The position numbers were made by a program, and so were the translations under genes. Positions 10,550 to 21,968 of a DNA stretch of 64,000 bases are shown in pieces. Within the stretch, counting starts at the first letter, position 1. Every line of letters begins with the position of its first letter. The DNA is taken from contig CAVYLP010000001.1 of assembly GCA_963769425.1 (NCBI GenBank), positions 64,001 to 128,000 on the forward strand, read 5' to 3'. A model generated the notes under the pieces. It was not told where the DNA came from. It saw only the letters and a list, made by a program, of their open reading frames with translations, and ran no database searches. The DNA is from Candidatus Bathyarchaeota archaeon. Lineage in GTDB: Archaea > Thermoproteota > Bathyarchaeia > TCS64.

Positions 10550-11488
10550 TCATACTTCTAAACCGAGTGCATCCTTGAGTCCCTTGTATCTGTTGCGGAT
10601 CGTGACCTCGGTGACGCCAGCTGCATCAGCAATAACTTTCTGTGTGCGTTTCTCGTTGTTTATTACACAAGCTATGTAGAGGGCTGCTGCGGCGAGTCCC
10701 ATCGGGTCCTTACCCGCGGTGGTACGGATCTTCTCGGCTTGACGGAGTATGTCTACGGCGGTCTGCTGAGTCTTTTCGCCTACACCGACTCTGGCGGCTA
10801 TTTTGGGGACTCTGAGCTGCGCGTCGGGTTTCGGCATCTGTATTCCGAGGTCCTTGATCATTAGGCGGTAGCATCGAGCTATGTCCTTCTTGTCCATTGG
10901 GCTCTGGTGTGTGATCTCTCTTAGTGTTCGGGGTGTCTGGGTTATCCTGCAGGCTGCGTAGAGTGACGCTGCAGCTATTGCGGATATGCTTCTGCCGCGG
11001 ACTAAGCCACTGTCCAGAGCCTTTCGGTAGATAACGGCGGCTCGCTCCTTGATTGTAGCGGGCATGTGAAGCTTGTCGCAGAGGCGGTCGAGTTCAGCCA
11101 TGGCTTGCGCGAGGTTGCGGTCTGTTGAGCTGTGAACTCGTGATCTAATTTGCCATTTTCGGAGTCTTAGCATCTGTAGTTTGGTATTTAGAGGGATGCT
11201 TCTTCCATAGGCGTCTTTTCCGATTCTGCCGATGACTGTGGTTAGGCCTTTGTCATGTACGGCGAAGCTGAGGGGGACGCCGACTCTGCTTCGGCTCTCC
11301 TTCTCGCCGGGCGTGAAGGCTCGCCACTCGGGGCCTTCGTTTATCATCGACTCTTTTAGTACTAGGCCACAGTCGCCGCATATTATCTCGCCTGATTCCT
11401 CGTCGTGGATCAGGTTTTCACCGCCGCATTCGGGGCAGTGGTCTTCACCGCTTCGACGGATTTTATGGTGCGGCTTTATGGTTATCAC
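10550..11488 (-). CDS. tfb: Transcription initiation factor IIB
   Basis: CPECG/CGDCG zinc ribbon, GPEWRAF B-reader, two cyclin repeats, GVTEVTIRNRYK. Confidence 0.98.
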   Translation of the reverse strand: MITIKPHHKIRRSGEDHCPECGGENLIHDEESGEIICGDCGLVLKESMINEGPEWRAFTPGEKESRSRVGVPLSFAVHDKGLTTVIGRIGKDAYGRSIPLNTKLQMLRLRKWQIRSRVHSSTDRNLAQAMAELDRLCDKLHMPATIKERAAVIYRKALDSGLVRGRSISAIAAASLYAACRITQTPRTLREITHQSPMDKKDIARCYRLMIKDLGIQMPKPDAQLRVPKIAARVGVGEKTQQTAVDILRQAEKIRTTAGKDPMGLAAAALYIACVINNEKRTQKVIADAAGVTEVTIRNRYKGLKDALGLEV

Positions 11489-11659
11489 TCCAATTGTCTA
11501 TATCCATCTCAGAGGACTACTCAACCATCGGTGGGATTGTAGAACTGATCACTTGGAGCATAGAAATGCTTATAAATAGATCATATAAGTTTTTGCTTTT
11601 AGTTTAGATTGAATTATGTGAGGAGGTTTACTTTCTAAAATGTATTCTCTCAATTTTTT

Positions 11660-12064
11660 TCAGGTTTTTCTGTATTTTTCCACGGCATCTCTAATTTTCT
11701 TTGCTAGTATTGTATAGTGAATGAGATTGGGTTCCTTATGGACGTAGTCATCGACGTATGAGATGTCAGCTACTTCGTCGCTTTCTCTACCTGTATATAG
11801 GATGAATGGAACGCTGAGGAAGTCCTTTATCACCTTGCAGAGTTGGATACCATTCATTCCAGGTAAAATAAAATCTGAAACTACGCAATCTATGCGTTTC
11901 TCTCTTAGAATCTTTAAAGCATCTTGTGGTCTCAACGCATTACAAGTCTCAAAAACTTGATCGGCATTTTCGAGATTGTATGATACAAGTTCTATTTGGT
12001 TTGCGTCATCGTCCACAATCATGACACGTATTGGCTCTTTAAGGGAGGACGATGAATTTGACAA
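11660..12064 (-). CDS. Stand-alone response regulator receiver
   Basis: IVDDD, CVVSDFILPGMNG (phospho-Asp intact), ILYTG, YVHK. Confidence 0.88.
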   Translation of the reverse strand: MSNSSSSLKEPIRVMIVDDDANQIELVSYNLENADQVFETCNALRPQDALKILREKRIDCVVSDFILPGMNGIQLCKVIKDFLSVPFILYTGRESDEVADISYVDDYVHKEPNLIHYTILAKKIRDAVEKYRKT

Positions 12065-12285
12065 TACGCATCGTTGTTAACTCGACGAGGTTAAATATTA
12101 ATTATTTTAGAGGTGAGAATATGGAGAACGAGATTATGGGTTATTTTAATAAGGTTCCAGAGCTACTCTAATAATCTCTTGATTTTGCTAGATTCTCCTA
12201 GCAATCAATTTTTCATGACCTGAATAGTTGATTTGAGGGTGACAACTACTCTTATATTACCCCTCCGGGTTTATGAAACGGCAGT

Positions 12286-12361
12286 AGCCCGGTCGTCTAG
12301 CGGTCAAGGATCGGGGCCTCTGGAGCCTCTGACAAGAGTTCGAATCTCTTCCGGGCTACCA
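12286..12361 (+). tRNA. tRNA-Gln(CTG), CCA encoded, no intron
   Basis: Acceptor AGCCCGG/CCGGGCT, anticodon arm GGGGC-CTCTGGA-GCCTC, T-loop TTCGAAT, 3' ACCA. Confidence 0.96.
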
Positions 12362-12685
12362 ATTAATATTTTGGAGTCTATATTCTGAGGGCTTTACTGA
12401 TCCCTCCAACAAGTGAGTGAAAAGTCAACACGAGAGGTTTTGTAGTTAATGCTGATCCACGTTTTGAACCGATCAGAGAAGTCATAAATACTCTAATGTA
12501 TTCGATCTTGCAAAATTCCTTAATAGATTTGCCAGTTAATTTAAAGATATAGTTAATTAAATTAAAATAATGCTCATTTGTTAAGATGGTTAGTATGTAT
12601 AGTGAGAGTTAGAATAGTGCTGATGGATGCATATTGCACTTAAAGGTTATTAAAATAACACGTTGAAGAATGTAAGTAACTAATT

Positions 12686-13018
12686 CTAAAGGTCTAATCC
12701 CATCTTGCTGATAGATTCATTGAACTTATTGTATTCGAGGAGGAACTTTTCCCCCTTCTCCGTGACCATAACCTTAGCACCGAGGTACTCGCAAAAGCCA
12801 ATGTCATCGAGATAGCTTAAAACATCTTTAAGGCGGTCATAGGGCATATTAACCCGCGCAGCAACGCGGGTGAGGCTCTGCTTCCTATAGTCAGTGATTT
12901 CATGTTTGAGGGCAGTGAGTATATCGAAGTAGATCTCGAACCTGTTCCGCTTCCGCTGCTTAGAAGTAGGTTCAATACTACTATTTGATAGAACGCTGTC
13001 TAACTTAGCCACCCTCAC
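12686..13018 (-). CDS. Winged-helix transcriptional regulator
   Basis: KRNRFEIYFDIL...TRVAARVNMPYDRL...VTEKGEKFL, an archaeal small wHTH pattern. Confidence 0.8.
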   Translation of the reverse strand: MRVAKLDSVLSNSSIEPTSKQRKRNRFEIYFDILTALKHEITDYRKQSLTRVAARVNMPYDRLKDVLSYLDDIGFCEYLGAKVMVTEKGEKFLLEYNKFNESISKMGLDL

Positions 13019-13323
13019 TCACAAGAGGATGCTAACATGAAGTAATTATTTATAGAAAATGGATTGGTGATTAAGAATAACACATAATATTCTTTTAATG
13101 AAAGATAAAGTCAATGACTGATAGGACGCTGTAGCGGATTGTCACGCTAAACTCGTAGTGTTAAGCTTTTTCTGCTCTTTCATTTTCATCAGTTTGTTGG
13201 CTTCATTAATCTACATCGGGGGAGGCAGGTTAAGAACCTCCACGTTCGAGTTTATGTGGTTAATACGGACTCAATCAACGTCGCACTACGACGAAATAGG
13301 TCTAAAAAAAGGTGAGGAGAGTT

Positions 13324-13626
13324 CTATCTCCAGTTCATTATCTCGACGGGTTTCTTCTTTTCTATAACCCATTTAACCTTACCGAAATATTGTAAGACGT
13401 TTTGACCTTTTTCGGTTATATGATATACCTTGTTGCTCCTCTGATCACGTTCATCCGCACCTAACTCCTCTATGAGCTCTTGGTTGACTAGCGATTTGAG
13501 CATCTGCTGAAGAGGCTTCCAAGATAGGTTAGCAGCGTACATAATCTTTGTTGGTAGTATGGTCCCGCTCCTGATCTCCTCCATTATGTCCACGTAGATT
13601 TCAAGTTTCGATCGTCTGTTAGTCAT
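13324..13626 (-). CDS. Winged-helix transcriptional regulator, paralogue 1
   Basis: RRSKLEIYVDIM...PTKIMYAANLSW...YHITEKG; near-duplicate of 21339-21641. Confidence 0.88.
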   Translation of the reverse strand: MTNRRSKLEIYVDIMEEIRSGTILPTKIMYAANLSWKPLQQMLKSLVNQELIEELGADERDQRSNKVYHITEKGQNVLQYFGKVKWVIEKKKPVEIMNWR

Positions 13627-13678
13627 ATTATCTTTTCTTCCCAGTTTAGTCCCTCTCTATTCACAACATATATTCTAG

Positions 13679-13692
13679 GTGACTTTCACTGA
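13679..13692 (-). promoter_or_regulatory. Putative operator TCAGTGAAAGTCAC
   Basis: Same motif at the same distance (52-53 nt) upstream of both wHTH paralogues. Confidence 0.5.
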
Positions 13693-14185
13693 TTAACTAG
13701 AATAAGCCTATTCCTTAATTAACTGTTGGATGACGATAACTCCTTGGATGTTTATTATTAATATTGGATTACAAAAAATATGTAGTCTCCAATATAGTAA
13801 ATTTTGATGAAATTTATGAGATATTTTGTATTTTAATGTTAATTATTGTTTATTTGATTAAACTTACGTGTACAGGTTAGAACAATTAGCCTCGATCATT
13901 ATATTTACTTGGATGTGAATACACTTTCTCTAATAATGATGGAGTACGAATCAATCAAAAACCAAGAGGTAATGAAATTGAACAAGGAAACCTTATTTTT
14001 ATTAATTAGGATGATCGTGGCAACCAAAAAGCACGCTCTCTTCGTTTTTGATGAAAAGGATACTCATGCTCTGCAGCCCCGAGGCTGAGTTCATCACAGG
14101 GCGGTACTCAGCGTTGACGGGGGACTCAGTGCAAGGCGACATGGGATCCCTGTGAGTCCATAGATAAGAAAGGTTTGGTATAAGA

Positions 14186-14641
14186 TTATGAACTCGTCGA
14201 ATCCTTAGTCGACTCCACAACGAGCCTACGCCAGAGCCTAACTGTTTCAAACCATAGAAGGGCCACCAGAGCGACGGATGAACCAATTAGGTAGGGTGTG
14301 AAGAGGCTTGATAATAGGGATTCGAAGCTGAAGAAGGCGATCAGAATAGTGAATAATACCGTGAAGAAGAACAGCTGTGGGACCAGTGCGTTTCCCACCT
14401 TTGAGTATCCTTGGAGAATCTCAGTCGAGGCCTCTTTTAAAGCAACATATCTACTCTCCTCATCCTGCTGCACGTAACCGGAATCCACTAGTCTACCTAG
14501 GTGGTACGAGGCAAGTGAAGGCGTTGAGAGGCTTAGACCTCGTTGGACTTCCCTGAGTTCACTCGGTCCATGTGTTAATAGATACAAATAGGCTCTGAGG
14601 GTGTTTCCCGTGATCTCTTTCTGAGTCTTCTTTTTAGTCAC
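14186..14641 (-). CDS. Membrane-anchored HTH regulator (ArsR-like wHTH plus 2 TM)
   Basis: GNTLRAYLYLL..GPSELREVQRGLSLSTPSLASYHLGRL followed by two hydrophobic helices. Confidence 0.8.
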   Translation of the reverse strand: MTKKKTQKEITGNTLRAYLYLLTHGPSELREVQRGLSLSTPSLASYHLGRLVDSGYVQQDEESRYVALKEASTEILQGYSKVGNALVPQLFFFTVLFTILIAFFSFESLLSSLFTPYLIGSSVALVALLWFETVRLWRRLVVESTKDSTSS

Positions 14642-14903
14642 GGAGTGCCACCATAATTGCAGATATCATCCATTCTTGTAGCATTTGAAGATTGATACGT
14701 ACGCAAAATCTCACTTTTAAATCTGTTACTCGCGTTGTGAAAGATAGGAACACCGGAGTACATTATGAGTGCGACGTTCATGCTTTGCAGTCCAGAGGAG
14801 GATATCATTACTAGTACTGTTCTCAGTAAAAAGGGGAGGATAAACACAAGGCGAAAAAGGATCCTTTTGAACTTTTAGTTCACAAGCAATGCCTTGTAAA
14901 TAA

Positions 14904-15812
14904 CTACAAACCAATGCTAAATGAACTAATTATTATAATAATTTGAGTTACGAAGAAAAAACCGTATATTATTTTACGAGCCCTCATTGTCATCTTGACA
15001 TCAAAAGCTGACCTAATTGGAAATACTCCCCACCTAATTGCAACTAAACTAGATATTACAACAACTATAGGTAAAAGAACACTGAATCCCATTCTTGCAT
15101 ATGTTAACGGGGTTATAGTCATCATAAAGAGAACCGCTAATCCCAGGAGCAGGACTTTTCTCCTCCATTTCAAAGCTCTACTTAAAGAATTTACTTTGTA
15201 AATCTTGTCCTCGTTCATGTCGAAAGAGTCAGCTAATGCTGGAAGACAAAGGAAAACAAATGATCCTAAGATAAAGCCTATAAAAACTGCAGGTAAATTG
15301 AAAGTTCCGGTTAAAGCAAAACTCGCAATTAGGCTTGTAAATGGGAAACCCGAAGAGGTGATTAGTTCCTTTACAATGAACATATTCTTTAATCTTATGC
15401 GCGGATCACTATAACTTAATAAAAGTATCAACCAAGCCAAGCTTATAATGAAAGTTATTAGATTAATGAGAAATGCGATGCTTAAAGCCCCTAACCCTGA
15501 TAATACGACTAATAAAATCGCCGATTCTCTATGAGCCTTTCCATTTACTAGGGGTCTATTCTGTTTTAATGGGTTTAGTTTATCCATTTCAACGTCTACT
15601 ACATCATTGTAGACATACACGGAAATTGCGATCAGAGTTGAAGTTGTTACCGCCATTATAGTAGTTATTACTTGAGGGAAACCATGACCTACGATCATGG
15701 ATGCTATTATTGCCGCCCAAGTAAATGGAAAAATGGCATATCCTTTCGATTTTATCAAAATACCGAAATCTTTTATGACTTGAATTGGGGATAATCCATA
15801 ATCTTTATCCAT
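14904..15812 (-). CDS. UbiA-family prenyltransferase
   Basis: NDVVDVEMD..NRPL and DSFDMNED aspartate-rich motifs; polytopic membrane protein. Confidence 0.88.
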   Translation of the reverse strand: MDKDYGLSPIQVIKDFGILIKSKGYAIFPFTWAAIIASMIVGHGFPQVITTIMAVTTSTLIAISVYVYNDVVDVEMDKLNPLKQNRPLVNGKAHRESAILLVVLSGLGALSIAFLINLITFIISLAWLILLLSYSDPRIRLKNMFIVKELITSSGFPFTSLIASFALTGTFNLPAVFIGFILGSFVFLCLPALADSFDMNEDKIYKVNSLSRALKWRRKVLLLGLAVLFMMTITPLTYARMGFSVLLPIVVVISSLVAIRWGVFPIRSAFDVKMTMRARKIIYGFFFVTQIIIIISSFSIGL

Positions 15813-15913
15813 TAGTGATTACCTCCCGCTTTAAAGGTAGCTGTTAATCTTGTATTTAAGCTTTATATTTGGAAAATTAAAGAAGTTTTTATCCGCGTAA
15901 ACACTTTACGTTC

Positions 15914-17848
15914 TTAAAAATGATTAGAATTTTTAGGATTATTATTTGATACTACCAATTTTTCTAATTCATTTTGAGAGTCTTGTGGACTACTATTTAT
16001 CACATCAAAAATTAAGTGAAATACAGTTCCTTTACCCGGTTTTGTTTCAACATCTATCTTAGAATTATGAGCATCCATAGTACTTTTGCAATAGCTAAGG
16101 CCAAGTCCGGTTCCATTTATCTTAGAGGTCGTAAATGGTTTGTAGAGATTTTTCATAACGTGTTCAGGTATTCCATTTCCGGAGTCTATGAAAGAAATGT
16201 CAACTTTACCTTCATAGGTGCGAACGTTTATTAGTATTTTTCCTCCATCCGGCATAGCTTCCACCGCATTTCTCAGCAGATTTTCAAATACTCTTCTTAT
16301 TTTTAATATATCTATGTTAACAAACACTTTTTCATTAGCTTCAAATTTTAATTCAATCCCAGGTGGGATTAAAGTCTCGGATAATACACTTCTTAATAAA
16401 GAAGTTATATTAGTTTCTTTTAAATCTAGCTGTACTTGTTTCGCTTTGCTTTTTAATTCATCTAACATAATTATTGCTCTATCAATAGATTTATCAATTA
16501 CTTCAATCATGTCTTTTGATTTATCTGGTCTGGCATTCATTAAATAACTTGCATTTTTAATTGTATTTAGAGGCCCCCTAAGATCATGGCCTAACATTGA
16601 TGCAAGTTTACCCATAGTAACCATTCTCTCAGATTCTCTTATCGTCTCAGATCTTTCTTCAACTAACCTCTCCAAATTTTTAGAATAATTTAGTAACTTA
16701 TCTTCCATTTCTTTTCTTTGAGATATATCTCTAGCAATTAATATTATCTGTCTTTTTTCATGATTTATTTCAATTAACTTAATTATAATTTCACCCCAAC
16801 CCATAGACCCATCTTTTCTTTTATAATACATTTCAATCTTTTCTATCTTTCCCATAATAATTTTGGAAAATGTTTTTATATATTTAGGCAGATCGATTGC
16901 ACGGATCGTTCCAACTTTTATAAAATTCTTACCCACCAACTCATCGGTAGAAAAACCGGTAAGTTGAGTAAAGGCAGGGTTAACATAGGTCAATTTACCC
17001 TTTAAATCAAGAGTAATTATACCATCGGGAGAAAGCTCCACGAGACTTCTAAACATTTCTTCTGAATTCTTTAACTTATTTTCAATTTCTATACTCTGTG
17101 TGATATCTCGAGAAATACTAAGAATTGCTTTTTTACCCTCATAATCAATTATGGTTGAATTGCTTTCGATCCTTATTATTTTTCCATCGTTTCTAATTAA
17201 TTCCATCTCATAAGGTTCATTAAATGATACATCATTCATATATTTATTAAGTCTATCTTTAATTTCCACTTGATTTTTAGGTACAATAAATTTCATTACA
17301 TTTATTCCAAATAATAATTTTGGATTTTCGTACCCTAACATATCAGCAAAAGCTTGATTTGTAAAAATTAGTGTTTCATCTCTAACTATAACTATTGCTT
17401 CCTTCGTACTTTCAACAATTTTCAGATATATTTGTTCAGTTCTTTTTTTCTCTACAACGTCTCTAATCCGTTTTGCCAAAACCTGGTAATGGCTTGGAGT
17501 TAGCTCTTTTCGAATATAATCATTTATACCAATGGAAAATGCCTTTTCTGCAACTTCTTCAGTTCCTTGACCGGTATAAATGATAATGGGTATACCTTTA
17601 TTATTGGATCTAATTGTTTTTGCTAACTCTAAACCATCTATTTCAGGCATTTTTAAATCTGTTAAAATGCAATCATATGCAACAAGGTCGATTTTTAAGG
17701 CTTCTTTTGGATCATTTATAGAACTCACATTAATTTCCGGGTCAAAAATTTTTAAAAATTCCTGTACCATTTCTAATTGACTTGCATCATCGTCAATATG
17801 TAATACCCTAATTAGACTTTGATTATTCTCTAGTATCCGGGTCGGCAA
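15914..17848 (-). CDS. Hybrid sensor histidine kinase (REC-PAS-PAS-HisKA-HATPase)
   Basis: HIDDD/LTDLKMP receiver, two PAS domains, GHDLRGPL H-box, NLLRNAVEA, DSGNG, GTGLGL. Confidence 0.93.
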   Translation of the reverse strand: MPTRILENNQSLIRVLHIDDDASQLEMVQEFLKIFDPEINVSSINDPKEALKIDLVAYDCILTDLKMPEIDGLELAKTIRSNNKGIPIIIYTGQGTEEVAEKAFSIGINDYIRKELTPSHYQVLAKRIRDVVEKKRTEQIYLKIVESTKEAIVIVRDETLIFTNQAFADMLGYENPKLLFGINVMKFIVPKNQVEIKDRLNKYMNDVSFNEPYEMELIRNDGKIIRIESNSTIIDYEGKKAILSISRDITQSIEIENKLKNSEEMFRSLVELSPDGIITLDLKGKLTYVNPAFTQLTGFSTDELVGKNFIKVGTIRAIDLPKYIKTFSKIIMGKIEKIEMYYKRKDGSMGWGEIIIKLIEINHEKRQIILIARDISQRKEMEDKLLNYSKNLERLVEERSETIRESERMVTMGKLASMLGHDLRGPLNTIKNASYLMNARPDKSKDMIEVIDKSIDRAIIMLDELKSKAKQVQLDLKETNITSLLRSVLSETLIPPGIELKFEANEKVFVNIDILKIRRVFENLLRNAVEAMPDGGKILINVRTYEGKVDISFIDSGNGIPEHVMKNLYKPFTTSKINGTGLGLSYCKSTMDAHNSKIDVETKPGKGTVFHLIFDVINSSPQDSQNELEKLVVSNNNPKNSNHF

Positions 17849-17981
17849 ATTAATCTAGGTTTTACGTATGTTTGCCTTTTATGGGCTTTATCGATGAATG
17901 ATACGTATCACCATTCTATTTCACGATAAACAATCTAGGAATTTACTAATATTTTATGAATTACTTGGAAGACTAAAAAAA

Positions 17982-18133
17982 CCATGTGTCCATAACCAAC
18001 ATACAAACGAGTGAGACGTTATTCGTATATTGATGATTTTTAGTTAAGCCTTCATAAAATCATAGTTTAGCTTCATCGATCAAAACAGCAATACAAGCTT
18101 GAAAAACCATGTATGCTGGTTATGGACACATGG
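17982..18133. mobile_element. 152-bp MITE-like element with 24-bp terminal inverted repeats
   Basis: CCATGTGTCCATAACCAACATACA (17982-18005) matches the reverse complement of 18110-18133 at 23/24; A-runs on both sides; no ORF. Confidence 0.75.
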
Positions 18134-18163
18134 AAAAAAAAAGTTATTTTAAAAACTTTGTTT

Positions 18164-19254
18164 TTACTCATCTACGAGGATTTTAATATCTTTGTCAATG
18201 ATTTTGGACGCGTCAGAGAATCCGAACTGAGTGGCGGTATTTTTGTTAACATATTTGATTTTTGTACCTTTTAGGATAATCATCGAGCTGTTAGATGAAT
18301 CAAGAAGTGCACTTAGAGTCTCATCAGAATTATTTGTACGTTTTAAAAGCTCGATCCTTTTCATTGCAGAGGATATATGTTCAGAGATTATCTCAACTAT
18401 CTTTATATCCTCTTCTGAGAAAGCGTTTGACTTTTCGACTTGTAGATTTATGACTGCATTAACCGTTCCATCAATTTTTATGGGAACATCTAATTCGGAT
18501 AAAAGATCTGGGCCGTCGAAATTCTTTCTGTAGTGTGGGTCTTTGCTTGTATCCCATACGTACTGTGTTTCCCCTGTACTAACAGCCCTAACAATTATTC
18601 CTTTGTTGCTTAGCGGAAGATTTGGTAGTTTTTTAGCACCGAGATCGCGAACATATACAAATCTAAGATGGTCTTGATCGACAACACCTATTGTACCTTT
18701 TACCTGCCCTATGATCTCCTCTATTATATCGAATGAATACTCGGCGACTTTTTCTATTGAGTAGAGTCGAGACAGGTTTACTGCATGTCTCAAGGCATCA
18801 AGTTTGTCCTGCTCAGCATTCTCGTTTTTTCTTGATCTGTTAGGTCTCTGCTAAAGGAAAGGACCGCCTCCTCTCCCTTGAACTCAATAAGTCGAGACCT
18901 GACCTCAACCGGAATCAGCTTACCAGACTCGGTGATACTCACAGACTCAAAAGAAAGTTTACCGTCTCTTTTTATAAGCTCAACATATTCAGGCATAGAA
19001 CCTACTAAAGCGAGGGCTAGGAGCTCTTCTCGCTCCTTATTGACTAATTCACTGCGCCTTAAGCCAAATCTTTCACAAGCAGTTTCATTTATCTCAATAA
19101 GCTTGCCATCTAAAGTGTGAACGAATATTGCATCGAAAGCGTTATCTAGAATCTGACGCTCAAATTGATAATTTGAATAATCAAAATGATCACACACACT
19201 TTTTTGCTCGTCTTCTATCTGAACAGATTTCTTAATTGGTTGTAATATATCCAA
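18164..19254 (-). pseudogene. PAS-GAF-(PAS) sensor, frameshifted near 18800 and truncated
   Basis: PAS (LDNAFDAIFVHTLDG), then GAF (SELDVPIKIDG..NAFSEED), then a stop partway into a second PAS; no kinase domain. Confidence 0.75.
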
Positions 19255-19804
19255 TTCGCTTCGAACATTAAAAACTATATGAGTATTTATTACAAATGGA
19301 TCAGAAAAACATATCACAAATATAAAAAATAAATAATAAACAAACTTCAATTAAAAGATAATAACTAGAAGAAGATTGGTTCTATAATGATAATAAATGA
19401 ATATATAAAATTGTTCTAAAATATGCCGAGCAGCCCAAAGTTCAATGCAAGGTAGAAAATACCAGAGGACACAATCGCTACGGCAAGTATTAAAATTTCA
19501 ATCTCTTCCTTGTTCAGACTTCTACGCAAATCTTTAATCATTATTCGCGCCAATCCTTTTCACTGAGCACATAAGAGGAATCTAGGTGATAAGCAAATGT
19601 ATGTGTGAAAGAGATACATAATTTGTACTTCTAACAATCGTACATTTTTAGCAATAACCTCAATATTCATGATTTTGCATCCTTTTATTAGAGAAAATTC
19701 ACCACTTTTAATAGGAATTTATATCTATCAAGATAAAACTCATTTTTTATTAATAATATTTTAATGGATTTTAGATACAGATTAATTCTCCGCAACTGTC
19801 TTTT

Positions 19805-20751
19805 ATGTACAAGTATCCCTCAGCAGTGGGGAATGCGATGCAGACAACTCTTTCACAACTTCAAAAAAGTGACAAACAAATAGCCATAAATGAAAAAGAG
19901 GAATTTGACTCGGAGATAATTAAACTCGCAAGCGAAATAATGACTTTACCCCAATCAGAGCAGAGAATCAATATAAAGCTCTTAAAGAGATCAATGCCGC
20001 CTTACTGAGATTAAGACTCTCAAATAACGAGATAAAAATATACTTATTCTTGGCCAGGAATGGAACTCAAAAGGCCCAAAAGATAGCTGAATCACTTGGA
20101 GTACCTAGAACCGAGGCTTACAAGATTCTTCGGGAACTCGAAAGCAAAGGATTCATCTTCAGGATCTTGGGACGCCCGATGAGATTCATGATTGTGCCTT
20201 TTGAAAAGATCATTGAAGGGGAGATCGAGGAGCGAAGACAGAAGATCTATAAACTTGAGAAAAAGAAGGATGAACTGCTAAGCTTCTGGCAAATGTTACC
20301 GAAGACAGACAATACCGAAGATGTGAAGGAGACGCTGCAGGTTATCGAGGGAAAAAATCAGATCAGTGCAAGAGTCGCGAAGATCTTGAGTGAAACCCGT
20401 AAACAGATTAGAGTCGTCGTAAGTGACCGCCACCTCGTTTGGCTCTTCAACTCAACATTCTTCGAGGAACTAAATAAGAAGGGTGAAATCGAGGCGAAAA
20501 TATTGACCAATTACTCCCAAACCAGCACCTTCGTAATGGAGCAACTGGAGATGCTTTCGTGTGACTTCGCATTCCTTCAAAAGAAAGGCCAGCCAAGCTT
20601 CATCGTCTCAGACAATGGGACCCTAATTCTCCTCATGGAGGATGATGATGAAAAATTCAGCGCGATGGAGACAAGCTACGCTTCGATGCTTAATTCATAC
20701 ACGTCTTTATTTGATCTACTCTGGAAAAACCAGAGCCGAAGAGAGCATTAA
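19805..20751 (+). CDS. TrmB-family transcriptional regulator (frameshift between ~19924 and 19980; start uncertain)
   Basis: The frame upstream of 20050 reads LRLSNNEIKIYLFLARNG..AQKIAESLGVPRTEAYKILRELESKG (TrmB wHTH); C-terminal effector domain. Confidence 0.82.
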
Positions 20752-20752
20752 A

Positions 20753-21088
20753 TTAGATTAAGAGGGAAACATTCCAGATAGTAACCACTAACCTCAATAA
20801 CCCTACAATGAATGGGAAAATGGTGATTAATCTAACCAAGGGATTCTTCACAGTTCTCAGCAGCATGAAAGTCGCTACAACACTAGTTATAATTAGAAAT
20901 GCATCGAACTGAACCCACATGCCATTTTGCATCAAATTAAACGCGACGGGATTTGTCTCAATATAATTTTCCCTACTTAATGCGATGCTCGTCGAGATGT
21001 GATCACCTAATACACCTAAGATCATGGTGAAGTAGGCAAGCACCTCAAACTTAGAGGTGGGAATCCTCGGGAGCATCATGTGTGACAA
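20753..21088 (-). CDS. Small membrane protein, DUF5658-like
   Basis: D..ST...L....ETNP motif with three TM helices. Confidence 0.65.
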   Translation of the reverse strand: MSHMMLPRIPTSKFEVLAYFTMILGVLGDHISTSIALSRENYIETNPVAFNLMQNGMWVQFDAFLIITSVVATFMLLRTVKNPLVRLITIFPFIVGLLRLVVTIWNVSLLI

Positions 21089-21272
21089 TATGGATTAGTG
21101 GTCTATATTTAAAAATCATGGACATCAAGTGAATTCGATTTTTTCAGTGTATGATCGTTTTTCACCTACCCAGAAAGATAGAGCTCTGATTGACTTCGAT
21201 AAAAAGTCACAATATGTGTGTATCCAACGGAACTCACAACTGCTTAAGTGAGAAGAGACTAGTCAATTCTTC

Positions 21273-21287
21273 TCAGTGAAAAGTCAC
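21273..21287 (+). promoter_or_regulatory. Putative operator TCAGTGAAAAGTCAC
   Basis: Counterpart of 13679-13692, upstream of the second wHTH paralogue. Confidence 0.5.
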
Positions 21288-21338
21288 TTGAAATCTATAT
21301 CAGGAATAGGAAAGTGTGACAAGAGGAGAGAAAACTAG

Positions 21339-21641
21339 ATGACCAGTCGAAGATCGAAACTTGAGATTTACGTGGATATCATGGAGGAGATCAGGAACGG
21401 CACTATCTTGCCTACAAGGATCATGTACGCTGCAAACCTGTCTTGGAAGCCTCTTCAGCAGATACTCAAATCGCTAGTCTCCCAAGAGCTCATCGAAGAG
21501 TGCACAGCTGAGGAGGGCGATAAGAGAACTAAGAAAGCATATCGCCTAACCGAAAAAGGCCAAAACGTTTTACACTACTTCAGAAAGGCTAAGGAGCTAG
21601 TGGAAAAGGAGACACCTGCAGAGATAAAGAGCTGGCGCTAA
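21339..21641 (+). CDS. Winged-helix transcriptional regulator, paralogue 2
   Basis: MTSRRSKLEIYVDIMEEIR..PTRIMYAANLSWKPLQQ; near-duplicate of 13324-13626. Confidence 0.88.
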   Translation: MTSRRSKLEIYVDIMEEIRNGTILPTRIMYAANLSWKPLQQILKSLVSQELIEECTAEEGDKRTKKAYRLTEKGQNVLHYFRKAKELVEKETPAEIKSWR

Positions 21642-21968
21642 GAAACTCTGTTTTACTCTATCTCCTCGTAAACAGTGGCTTTTTTCAGGTTTAATTTTTG
21701 AGGATAACTATCTTCTCATATTCGTTGGATCCAGCCCTTGATAGCCATTACAATGAAGCGCTCATCTTACCTATAGACAATCCTTGTCTTAACTGAACAA
21801 ACTGACATGATCAAAAAAAGAATGATAACAGAAGATAAAACTCATACAACTACCTCCATAATGAGGATGAGTCCAAATTAAGTGATAAAATAATTGACCT
21901 GTAATCGATAGTACTCATAAATGGGTGACACAATACACATATGACTTCAATCAGAGGCAGACGCAGGC

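Noticed and set aside
14638-14914. Small ORFs between the UbiA and HTH genes
   Set aside because: Two overlapping short frames with no recognisable motif; neither can be supported.
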